Shown here: positions 45,201 to 54,011 of the stretch, one piece after another | Numbering within the stretch: position 1 is the stretch's first letter | Layout of the letters: each line of letters begins with the position of its first letter | Assembly (NCBI GenBank): GCA_049840735.1 | Contig: JASGJN010000026.1 | Coordinates: 256,001-320,000, forward strand | Direction: 5' to 3' | Length of the DNA: 64,000 nucleotides | From: Anaeromyxobacter sp. | GTDB taxonomy: Bacteria > Myxococcota > Myxococcia > Myxococcales > Anaeromyxobacteraceae | Position numbers and translations under genes: made by a program | Notes under the pieces: model-generated | The model's input: only the letters and a program-made list of their open reading frames with translations | What the model was told of the DNA's origin: nothing | Database searches by the model: none

Positions 45201-46231
45201 GAGTTCACGACCACGATGCCGCGGTCGTGCAGCGAGGCCACCACGTCGTCGAGCAGCCGCGAGGCGCTGCCGCCCCAGCTGTTGTTGATCACCTTGGCGC
45301 CGCGGTCGCCGGCGTAGATCATCGCGCTGGCCAGCGTCAGCGTGTCGCCGCCGCCGTTGGTGTCGAGCGCCTTCACCGGGAGGATGGTGGCGCTGGGCGC
45401 CACGCCCACGATGCCCAGGTGGTTGTTGGCGTTGGCGGCGATGGTGCCGGCCACGTGCGATCCGTGGCCCATGTCGTCGGTCGGGTCGCCGTTGTTGGCG
45501 ACGAAGTTCCAGCCGTGGACGTCGTCCACGTAGCCGTCGTGGTCGTCGTCCACGCCGTTGCCGGGGATCTCGCCGGGGTTGGTCCAGGCGCGCCCCTGGA
45601 TGTCCTCGTGGGCGAGGTCGAGGCCGGTGTCCACCACCGCGACCAGCACGCCGTTGCCGCTGGAGAAGTCGAGCGCGCGGTCGCCGCCCACGTCGTGGAA
45701 GCCCCACAGGTCGCCGAAGGCCTGGCCCCAGGCGCCGCTGCTGTTCAGGTAGGGGTCGTTGCCGGTGAAATCGGCCTTGTAGCGGTAGGCCGGCTCGGCG
45801 TACTCGACCGCCGCGTCACGGGCGAAGAGCCGCGCCATGACCGAGACGTCCACGGTGCTGCTGCGGACCACCAGCACGCGGTCCAGGCCGACCGCCTCGG
45901 CCGCGCGCAGGGCCGCGCCGCTGCTGGCGGGCACGCGGAAGGGCTGCGCCGTCGCGCCCAGGCGCGACATGAGGCTGGAGAGCTCCGAGGCCTTGGCCCC
46001 CGGGGCCAGCAGGGCGCTGGCGCTGCCGGCGCCGGGCCGGAGCTTCACGATGAGCTGCCCGGGGATCACCTCGGGCTTCGGCGGGAGCTTGCCCAGATCC
46101 ACCACCGGCGCGACGCCGCCGCCCTGCCGCTGCTCCTGCTTCTCCGGCTGTGCGCCGCACGCCGTGAAGAGCGCCAGCGCCACCACCGCCGCCGCGACCG
46201 ACCTCGAACCACGAACGAATGCCTGCAGCAT
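42281..46231 (-). CDS. lipoprotein S8 subtilase with Ig-like domain, FG-GAP/VCBS repeats and two amylase-type C-terminal modules
   Basis: Lipobox LFTAC; [34 protein letters not shown] repeats; [11 protein letters not shown] module; RTVV...[21 protein letters not shown] module. Confidence 0.93.
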   Translation of the reverse strand: [1316 protein letters not shown]

Positions 46232-46382
46232 GTGCCTTCTTTCCCCTCTGTGAAGCTTCGAGGGCAGGACGCCGTCCGGGAGGCGCCAGGAAAGAGACCC
46301 GGGCACGCCCTGCCGTGATGTGGGGTCGTCTGGCGAGACCCCGTACGCACCGCTGAATGCCTGGAGCCGCCGGGATTGCACG

Positions 46383-46398
46383 GCGATTGCGCAATCGC
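46383..46398. promoter_or_regulatory. perfect 16-bp palindrome, candidate operator
   Basis: GCGATTGCGCAATCGC upstream of the S8 gene. Confidence 0.4.
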
Positions 46399-46559
46399 TG
46401 CCGTTCGCCGCGCGCGCACGCGCCCGGCTCCAACCAAGAAATGCAAATGCCCCGAACGCCGCGGGCAAGGGCCTGCGGCGAGCCGGCGCTGCCTGTCTCC
46501 GGTCCTCCTGGGCCCTCCGGTCCCAGGCAGGCGGAGTGGGAGGCCGGCCGGGCCCCGCG

Positions 46560-47327
46560 CTACGGCAGCGCCAGCGCGTAGTTCGCGCCGTTGTTGTTGT
46601 CCCAGTAGGTGCGGCCCGCGACCGTGTACGCGACGGCGTACTCGATCCGCCTGGTGCCGGCCGGCGCCGTGGCGTTGAACGACCAGGCCTCGGTCCCGGA
46701 GACCGTCGGGTAGCTGATCGAGCCGCCGTACGCGTACTGGTGGGCGCCGTCGAAGGTGGCGCTCACGGTCCTGGTCGTGGCCCAGCCGTCGGTGCTGTAG
46801 ACCACCGTGACGGCCTTCGCATGGGCCAGGTTGCGGACCAGCACGTTGCCGTAGAAGCTGACCGAGCCCTGGCCGTTCACGTAGGCGCTGGCCCACTTGA
46901 GCAGCGCGTTGCCGGCGATCAGGTGATCGCCCTCGTTCTTGTCCACGCGGAAGTTCCGGCCGCCGTCGTTGTCCCAGTACTCGCGGCCGTCCACCACGTA
47001 GCGGATCACGAACTGGTTGCCGAAGAGCTTGCCGCCGCCGAGCGCGGTGACGCTGGCGCCCATGCGCCAGAGCTCGGTGTTGCCGCCGGAGGGCTGCACG
47101 TAGGTGCCGGCGCCGACCTCCTGCCAGGAGCCGTCGGCCATCTCCGCCCAGAACGAGAGCTGCTTCGCGTAGCCCAGGTTCTGCACCCGGACCAGCGCCT
47201 CGCGGTTCTCCGCGTAGATGCCGTAGTGCGAGGTCTGGTAGGCCTCCACGGTCAGGAGCTGGACCTCTCCGGCGGCGAAGGCGAGCGCGGGCACCAGGGC
47301 CAGCGCGGACAGCAGCAGCTTATTCAT
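46560..47327 (-). CDS. secreted protein made of two CBM21-like starch/glycogen-binding domains
   Basis: Signal peptide; V.V.NL...K motif twice; YWDNDGGRNF and YWDNNNGANY; GGGGAAG RBS. Confidence 0.85.
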   Translation of the reverse strand: MNKLLLSALALVPALAFAAGEVQLLTVEAYQTSHYGIYAENREALVRVQNLGYAKQLSFWAEMADGSWQEVGAGTYVQPSGGNTELWRMGASVTALGGGKLFGNQFVIRYVVDGREYWDNDGGRNFRVDKNEGDHLIAGNALLKWASAYVNGQGSVSFYGNVLVRNLAHAKAVTVVYSTDGWATTRTVSATFDGAHQYAYGGSISYPTVSGTEAWSFNATAPAGTRRIEYAVAYTVAGRTYWDNNNGANYALALP

Positions 47328-47636
47328 GGCGTCTTCCCCCTCGGTTCAGGCTTCCTGGCGCGGCAGCCTGTTCGACGACCGAGCCTCCTGGCACACGTTC
47401 TGGCCTCGGGTGGGCGGGGATGAAAGCCCCTCCCAGGGTCAATTCACGAAGGGTAAGATTTGCAGCTGGCGCAATCTGAAAGAGCTGCAACGCGCAATGT
47501 GAGCGTGCCAGACGGCTGGGAGAGAGGCGAAGGGCGCAGGCGCGCACCGGCCCTGCCGCGGGCGGCCGCGGCGGGATGTCTCGGCACCGGGCGACAAAAT
47601 GCCGGAGTGCGACAGGCGTTGGCGGTAGGCTGGAGC

Positions 47637-48641
47637 ATGCCCCGCGTCGCCGTCCTGATGCCTGCGCGCGACGCCGCCGCCACGGTGCGCGCGGCGGCGG
47701 CCTCGATCCTGCGGCAGACGGAGCGGGACCTGGCGCTGATCTGCGTGGACGACGGCTCGACCGATGCGACCGCCGAGGTGCTGGCCAGGCTGGCGGCGCG
47801 CGATCGCCGGGTGCAGGTGCTGCGCACCGGGGGCGCGGGCATCGCCGGTGCGCTGAACCGGGCGCTGGCCGCGGCGGACGCGCCGCTCCTGGCGCGCATG
47901 GACGCCGACGACGTGGCCCACCCGCGCCGCCTGGCGCTGCAGCGCGAGGCGCTGGAGGCCGACCCGGCGCTGGCCGCGGTGGGCGGCCGGGTGCGCCTCT
48001 TCCCGCGGCGCGCGGTGCGGGAGGGGATGCGCCGCTACGCGGCCTGGCTCAACGGCCTCACCACCCCGGCGCTCTGCGCGCGCGACCTGCTGGTCGAGGC
48101 GCCGCTGGTCCACCCGGCGGTCACGCTGCGCGCCGGCCCGCTGCGCGCCGTTGGCGGCTGGCGGGACGGCCCGTTCCCGGAGGACTACGACCTGTGGCTC
48201 CGGCTGGCCGCCGCCGGCGGGCAGCTCACGAACCTGCCGGTCCAGGTGCTCGACTGGCGCGAGTCCGGCGGCCGCGCCACCCGCACCGACCCGCGCTACG
48301 CGCTGGCGTGCCACGTGGCGCTCAAGTGCGCCCACCTGGCCCGCCACGTCCTGCCCGGCCGCCGCCAGGTGGCGCTGTGGGGGGCCGGCCAGACCGGGAA
48401 GGCCTTCGCCGACGCGCTGGCCGCCGAGGGGATCGCCGTGGCCCTCTTCGTGGAGGTGGACCGGAACAAGATCGGCCGGACCGTCCGCGGCGCCCCGGTG
48501 ATCGCCGCCGCCGAGGTCGAGCGCGTCCGCGGCCTGCCGCTGCTGGTGGCGGTGGGCGCCCCCGGCGCCCGCGACCTGATCCGCGCCGAGCTGGCGAGGG
48601 CGCGGCTCGAGGAGGGGCGGGAGTACTGGTGCGTGGCGTGA
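47637..48641 (+). CDS. GT2 glycosyltransferase with C-terminal Rossmann-like domain
   Basis: VAVLMP, VDDGSTD, ARMDADD, EDYDLW; ALWGAGQTGK. Confidence 0.92.
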   Translation: MPRVAVLMPARDAAATVRAAAASILRQTERDLALICVDDGSTDATAEVLARLAARDRRVQVLRTGGAGIAGALNRALAAADAPLLARMDADDVAHPRRLALQREALEADPALAAVGGRVRLFPRRAVREGMRRYAAWLNGLTTPALCARDLLVEAPLVHPAVTLRAGPLRAVGGWRDGPFPEDYDLWLRLAAAGGQLTNLPVQVLDWRESGGRATRTDPRYALACHVALKCAHLARHVLPGRRQVALWGAGQTGKAFADALAAEGIAVALFVEVDRNKIGRTVRGAPVIAAAEVERVRGLPLLVAVGAPGARDLIRAELARARLEEGREYWCVA

Positions 48642-48645
48642 GGGA

Positions 48646-49056
48646 CTACGGCCTAACCTTCGCCCGCTCGAACTCCACCTCGATGGCGTCGATCGAGAGC
48701 CGGATCTCGTGCACGCAGTAGGCGAGCGAGCCCACGAAGCAGCCCAGGGCCGCGACGAAGAAGCCCTGGCCGACGGCCGGGAACCCGTTGGCCAGCGCGC
48801 CCATCGAGAGCGCGGCCAGCGTGATGGCGGCCAGGCCGAAGAGCTGCATGCGGCGGATGAGGTGGAGGCGGAAGCGCAGCGAGCGGAGCTGGACCTCCCA
48901 GTGCGGCTGCGGGTCGGCCAGGTGCTCCCGCAGCATGGCGCGCGCCACGCTGGTCAGGCCCAGGAAGCGCGTGGTGTAGGAGATGAACAGCAGCGAGATG
49001 GCGGGGAAGATCAGGGCCGGGATGGAGATGCTGAGGGCCGGGGTGGCGTCGGGCAT
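48646..49056 (-). CDS. DUF2721-like small membrane protein
   Basis: PALIFPAISLL..SYT.RF, RLHLIR.MQ, EI.LS..A. Confidence 0.8.
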   Translation of the reverse strand: MPDATPALSISIPALIFPAISLLFISYTTRFLGLTSVARAMLREHLADPQPHWEVQLRSLRFRLHLIRRMQLFGLAAITLAALSMGALANGFPAVGQGFFVAALGCFVGSLAYCVHEIRLSIDAIEVEFERAKVRP

Positions 49057-49087
49057 GCGGCGCAGGTTACCGCCCGGCCCGCCCTGA

Positions 49088-49897
49088 TCAGAAGTGGTAC
49101 ATGGCCGCGACGCTGCCGGTGAAGATCGACCAGGGCTCGGTGCCGCGCTGGGTGGTGATCCCCCACTGCCGCGATGACCGCTCGATGGGGCCGACCTCGG
49201 TCTTGACGCTGTCGTAGCTGATGGCCGCGCCCATGCTGGCCTCCATGGCCAGCTGAGGGATGCCGATGAAGCCGAAGTAGATCTCGAACCCCGCCCGCGC
49301 GCCCAGCCGCGCCGACCAGCCGGTGTACTTGGTGTCGTCGCCGCCGCTGTCGAGCGAGGGGATGGTCTCGTGGGCGTAGATGAGGTCGGCCTCGGGGACC
49401 AGCTCGAAGGTCGCGTGCTGGTGGTGGGTGAAGGCCAGCGGGAGGCCGAAGTGCAGGCCGAAACCGGAGAGGGAGGGGCCGTCGTTGGTCTGGAGCTGCC
49501 CGGCCTGCGGCGAGGTCACCGAGCTCTTGCGGTAGACCAGGCCGACGCCGGCGTCGACGCCCCAGTTCTTGGCCTTCCACCAGCCCTCCTTGGTCCAGTG
49601 GCGGAGGCCGACGGTGTAGACCGTGAGCGGGATGGGATCGGCCCCGCCGCTGGCCGGGAACTCGAACGGCTTGGTGTTGAAGACCACCAGCGCCCAGGTG
49701 CCCATGGCCCGCTGGCTGTCGCTCTCCGGCTTCTCCGGCTGGACGTAGCGCGTCACCGCCGCCGCGGGCGGGGGCGGCGGCGCAGGCGCGGGCTCCGGGG
49801 CCGGCGACGCCTGCCTGGGCGCGGGGGCGGCCAGCGCGGTGCCGGCGGAGCAGAGGAGGAGGACGGCGACGGCGCGGGCTTGGGACGAAGGGCGCAT
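49088..49897 (-). CDS. probable outer membrane beta-barrel protein
   Basis: Signal peptide, Pro-rich linker, alternating amphipathic strands, C-terminal AAMYHF. Confidence 0.7.
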   Translation of the reverse strand: MRPSSQARAVAVLLLCSAGTALAAPAPRQASPAPEPAPAPPPPPAAAVTRYVQPEKPESDSQRAMGTWALVVFNTKPFEFPASGGADPIPLTVYTVGLRHWTKEGWWKAKNWGVDAGVGLVYRKSSVTSPQAGQLQTNDGPSLSGFGLHFGLPLAFTHHQHATFELVPEADLIYAHETIPSLDSGGDDTKYTGWSARLGARAGFEIYFGFIGIPQLAMEASMGAAISYDSVKTEVGPIERSSRQWGITTQRGTEPWSIFTGSVAAMYHF

Positions 49898-50101
49898 GCA
49901 GGGGCCTCGGACGGGAAGTGGACCTTCTTGGTGCGCGGCCCCGGGCAGGACAAGCCCGTGCTGGGGCGTGCGGTGCACTGTCCGTCACGTGCACGGAGGG
50001 TGAGGTGCGCGGGTGTGCGACCCGCACCCCGGACCCATGCAAGGCGGCTGAACGGGTGGTCGCGCCACGCTCCCAGCCCTAAAGACGTGCCTTTCCCCGG
50101 A

Positions 50102-50701
50102 GTGGAACATGCGCGCCGAAAGACCGTCCTGGCCGGCCGGCGAAGGTCCGTTCGTCTCGAGCCAGCGGGCCCGGACGGCCCGCGGAGTCGAAGGGCGAAG
50201 GGCGCGCGGGCGCTCTCGCCGGTGCTCGCAGCCGCCGCGGCGCTGCTGGCCTGCGCCGGCGCAGAGGGCAACGGCTCCACCACCGAGCCCCCGCCCGGCC
50301 AGACCACCTGCCCCATCCCCAGCGCGCAGGACCTGCCCACCTTCCGCGCCACCGTGCTGCCCATGCTGCAGTCCACCTGCGGGGCCAACAGCGCCATCTC
50401 CTGCCACGGCACCCCCTCGCCGCGCGGCCACGTCTCCTACTCGCCGGCGCTCACCGCGGACGACATCTGGGCGGAGCTGGTGGACGTGGAGCCGTCCAGC
50501 GCGCCGCCCGGCGCGGGCTGGCTGCGGATCGCCGCGGGCGATCCCTCCCGCTCCTGGCTGATCGAGAAGGTCACGCAGGACGACCCCGGCGGCGCCGGCC
50601 AGGCCTACGGCAACCGGATGCCGCTGGGGCTGCCCGACCTGTGCGACCCGACGGTGCAGACGCTCCGGACCTGGATCCTCCTCGGCGCACAGAACGACTG
50701 A
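50102..50701 (+). CDS. lipoprotein with cytochrome-c-like domain and atypical C-x7-CH motif (start uncertain, GTG50102 or GTG50222)
   Basis: LLAC lipobox; F.ATVLPML...CGANSAISCHG; I.AGDP.RSWL..K; RMP; WI..GA. Confidence 0.7.
   Translation: MEHARRKTVLAGRRRSVRLEPAGPDGPRSRRAKGARALSPVLAAAAALLACAGAEGNGSTTEPPPGQTTCPIPSAQDLPTFRATVLPMLQSTCGANSAISCHGTPSPRGHVSYSPALTADDIWAELVDVEPSSAPPGAGWLRIAAGDPSRSWLIEKVTQDDPGGAGQAYGNRMPLGLPDLCDPTVQTLRTWILLGAQND
50148..50196 (+). repeat. degenerate long-type REP-like palindrome
   Basis: CCGTTCGTCTCGAGCCAGCGGGCCCGGACGGCCCGCGGAGTCGAAGGGC. Confidence 0.65.
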
Positions 50702-50703
50702 CC

Positions 50704-52338
50704 ATGGCCGACCTCACCCCCATCACCTCCTGGACCGCCGACGACGTGCTGCACCTGGGCCGCCGCGCCGGGTTCGGCCTCACGCCCGAGGCGGCCGCCG
50801 CGCTCGCCGCCCAGGATCCGGGCACCGCCATCGCGGCCTGGGTCGGCGGCGCCGGCGCCTCCACCGCCGCCTTCGACGCGGCGCTGGCCCACGCCGACCC
50901 GGTCGACCAGCCCGCCAGCGGCGCCGCGGGCCCGGTGGCCGGCCCGCACGCCTACCTGGTCGAGGGGCGCGACGCCTGGCGCAACGACCTCTCCCGCGCG
51001 CAGGGCTACCTCGCCTTCCGCATGCAGTACGCGCCGGATGCCATGCGCGAGCGGCTGGGGCTCTTCTGGCACAACCTGTTCGCCACCGGCTGGTCCAAGG
51101 TCGGCAGCGTGGCGCTGATGCTCCAGCAGCAGGAGACGCTCCGCGCGCGGGCGCTGGACCGCTTCGACGACCTGCACGTGGCGGTGTCCAAGGATCCGGC
51201 CATGTGCATCTGGCTGGACTCGATCCTGAACCACGCGCGCGGGGACGACGTCCCCAACGAGAACTACGCGCGCGAGGCGATGGAGCTCTACTCGCTGGGC
51301 GCCGACAACGGCTACAACCAGCAGGACATCACGCAGCTGGCGCGCGCCCTCTCCGGCTGGGCCTACACCGTGGCGGCCGCCGACCTGGTGCAGGATCCCA
51401 ACGGCGGGCGGGCGGCCGCGCGCGGCACGTTCCGCGTCTACGACGGCTCGCCCGTCTCCGGCGAGTACGTGTGGTGGGACCAGGGCGCGGACACGCTGCC
51501 CACGCAGCTGCCGGACGTGCGCGCCACCGGCGGCGTGACCTTCCTGGGCAAGGCCTTCGACGACCTCTCCACCGCGCCCGAGGGCCTGGCCGCGGGCGAG
51601 GACGTGCTGCGCGCCATCGTGAGCGAGCGCGGGCCCCAGGTGGCGCAGTTCCTGGCCCGCCGCCTGGTGCTGGGGTTCGTGACCGGCGCGCCCGTCCAGG
51701 CCGACCTGGACCAGGTGGCCGACCTCGTCCGCGTCGAGGCCGGCTTCGACCTGCAGGTGGTGCTGACGCGGCTGCTCTCCAGCCGCTGGTTCTTCGACCC
51801 GGCCAACCGCTTCGCGCTGGTGGAGGGGCCGGTTTCCTGGACCGTGCGGGCGGCGCGCGCCCTGGGCTACCCGCTGGCCGAGGCGTCCGGCGCCAGCGCG
51901 GCGACGAACCGCTTCCCGGCCTGGGCCGAGGTGGCCGAGTACTTCGATGCGGCCGGCATGAAGCTGCTCGACCCGGCCGGCCCCAATGGCTGGCGCGAGG
52001 ACCTGGCCTGGCTCAACAGCGGCACCATCCGCGCCCGCACCCGGCTGGCCGCGGCGCTGGCGCTGGGCGAGACCTGGTGGCAGGGCGGCGCCGAGCGCGC
52101 CTTCTTCCCGGCCGATCCGCAGCGCTGGTTCCCGTCCGCGCCGGCCAGCCCGCAGGCGGTGCTGGACCGGCTGGTGGCGTTGCTGCAGCCCGCGCCCATC
52201 CCGGCCAGCGTCTCCGACGGCTGGCTCGCCGCCCTCTGGCCGGACGCCGCCGCCTTCGCGTGGGACGCGGAGGGGCAGCTGCGCGCGCGCGAGCTGGCCT
52301 ACCTCGTCCTCTGCTCCCCCTCGGCCCAGGTCTACTGA
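50704..52338 (+). CDS. DUF1800 family protein
   Basis: HLGRRAGFG, ERLGLFWHNLFAT, DPAMCIWLD, PNENYAREAMELYSLG, ARALSGW. Confidence 0.92.
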   Translation: MADLTPITSWTADDVLHLGRRAGFGLTPEAAAALAAQDPGTAIAAWVGGAGASTAAFDAALAHADPVDQPASGAAGPVAGPHAYLVEGRDAWRNDLSRAQGYLAFRMQYAPDAMRERLGLFWHNLFATGWSKVGSVALMLQQQETLRARALDRFDDLHVAVSKDPAMCIWLDSILNHARGDDVPNENYAREAMELYSLGADNGYNQQDITQLARALSGWAYTVAAADLVQDPNGGRAAARGTFRVYDGSPVSGEYVWWDQGADTLPTQLPDVRATGGVTFLGKAFDDLSTAPEGLAAGEDVLRAIVSERGPQVAQFLARRLVLGFVTGAPVQADLDQVADLVRVEAGFDLQVVLTRLLSSRWFFDPANRFALVEGPVSWTVRAARALGYPLAEASGASAATNRFPAWAEVAEYFDAAGMKLLDPAGPNGWREDLAWLNSGTIRARTRLAAALALGETWWQGGAERAFFPADPQRWFPSAPASPQAVLDRLVALLQPAPIPASVSDGWLAALWPDAAAFAWDAEGQLRARELAYLVLCSPSAQVY

Positions 52339-52351
52339 CAAGGGAGCGCAC

Positions 52352-53730
52352 ATGCTCACCCGCCGCCACCTCCTCCAGGCCACCGCCGCAGGCGCCGCAG
52401 CGCTGACGCTGCCGCGCTGCGCGCCCGCCGACCGGATCATCGAGCCCGCCACGCCGCGCCCGGCCAGGCCCATCCTGGTGGTGGTCTTCCTAGACGGCGG
52501 CAACGACTGGCTCAACATGATGCCGCCCACGGTGGGGCAGGACCGCGCCGTGTACGAGCAGCGCCGGCCCACGCTCCGCATCGGCAGCCAGGGGCTGGTG
52601 GAGATCGGGCCCGGCTACGGCCTCAACAAGGACCTCACCGGCCTGAGCCTGCTCTCGGACCGCGGCCGCGTGGCCTGGGTCCCGGGCGTGGGGATGAACA
52701 ACCCCAACCTCTCCCACTTCGTCTCCGCCGACCTGTGGGGCCAGGGCTCGGCGCAGCCGGACGGCACCGGCTGGCTGGGGCGCTTCGCCGACCGCGCCTT
52801 CGACCCCGGCGGCGACGCGCTGCGCGGCGTGGCGGTCACCGGCGATCTCCCGGTGATGCTGCGCGGCCAGACCCGCGCCTTCGTGTCCATCGACGGGCCC
52901 AGCGGCTACGTCTACCCGTCGAAGCTGCAGGGCGGGAAGCTGGGCGGCCCATGGACGCCGCCGCGCTGGAGGCCGGCTTCGACGCCGCCGTGAACGCGCC
53001 CACCGCCGGCGCGCCGCCGGGCCAGGCCGCGGCGGCCCGCGTCGGCAAGGCCTTCCTGGACGCCACCCGCGCCTTCGGCGTGGAGGGCCGGCTGCCCTCG
53101 CGCACGCCCGCGGTGCCGTACCCGGGCGACCCCACCTACCCGCTGCGCCGGCTCGACGGCGGCCAGCTCGGCGGCGGGCTGGCCCGCCAGCTGAAGCTGG
53201 TGGCCCAGATGATCGCGGCCGGACTCGAGACGCAGGTCTTCTTCGCGCGCATCGGCGGCTGGGACACCCACGCCAACCAGGCCGTGGACCACGCCAACCT
53301 GATGCGGGCGCTGGGCGGCACGCTCTCCGCGTTCTACGACGACCTCGAGACCATCGGCACCGGCGAGGACAACGCCCAGCGGCGCACGCTGGTGCTGGCC
53401 TGGAGCGAGTTCGGCCGGCGCGTGCAGCAGAACCAGAACGGCACCGACCACGGGGCGGCCGGCCTCTCCTTCTGCATGGGGCGCGGCGTGAAGGGCGGCT
53501 TCTACGGCGCCTACCCGGACCTGGCCGCGCTGGACGGCAACGGCAACATGCACTTCACCGTCGACTTCCGCAGCGTCTACGCCAGCGTGCTGGAGCAGTG
53601 GCTGGGGCTGCCGGCCGCCTCCACCGACGCGCTGCTCTTGCAGGGGGCGGCCATCACGCCCTACCCGCGCCTGCCCTTCGTGCCGGAGGCGGGGGCGGGC
53701 GCGCTGCGGCGGCTGGTGGCGCGGCGGTAG
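52352..53730 (+). CDS. DUF1501 family Tat-exported protein (apparent -1 frameshift near 52950)
   Basis: TRRHLL Tat motif; LVVVFLDGGNDWLN, SHF, GWLGR; then GGWDTHANQ, SEFGRR, GTDHG and DFRSVY. Confidence 0.92.
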
Positions 53731-53737
53731 GATCCCT

Positions 53738-54011
53738 GCCCTTCGACTCCGCGCCGCTGACGCGGCGCTACGCTCAGGGCGAACGGACGCTCGAGCACCT
53801 TCGGCCTGAGCTCCACGGCAACTCCGCGCGAGCGGCTGTTGCAGCCCCGTTCGGCCTTCGACTCCGCGCCGCTGACGCGGCGCTACGCTCAGGGCGAACG
53901 GACGCTCGAGCACCTTCGGCCTGAGCTCCACGGCAACTCCGCGCGAGCGGCTGTTGCAGCCCCGTTCGGCCTGAGCGTAGCGAGCCCGCAGGGCTCGCGG
54001 AGTCGAAGGCC
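53738..54011. repeat. REP cluster with 115-bp tandem duplication
   Basis: Two reverse copies (53738 and about 53853) with identical linkers, then a forward copy at 53962. Confidence 0.9.

Noticed and set aside
47494..47510. Sigma-54-like TGGCACG...TTGC upstream of the CBM21-like gene (minus strand)
   Set aside because: The GG-to-GC spacing is 12 nt rather than the required 10.
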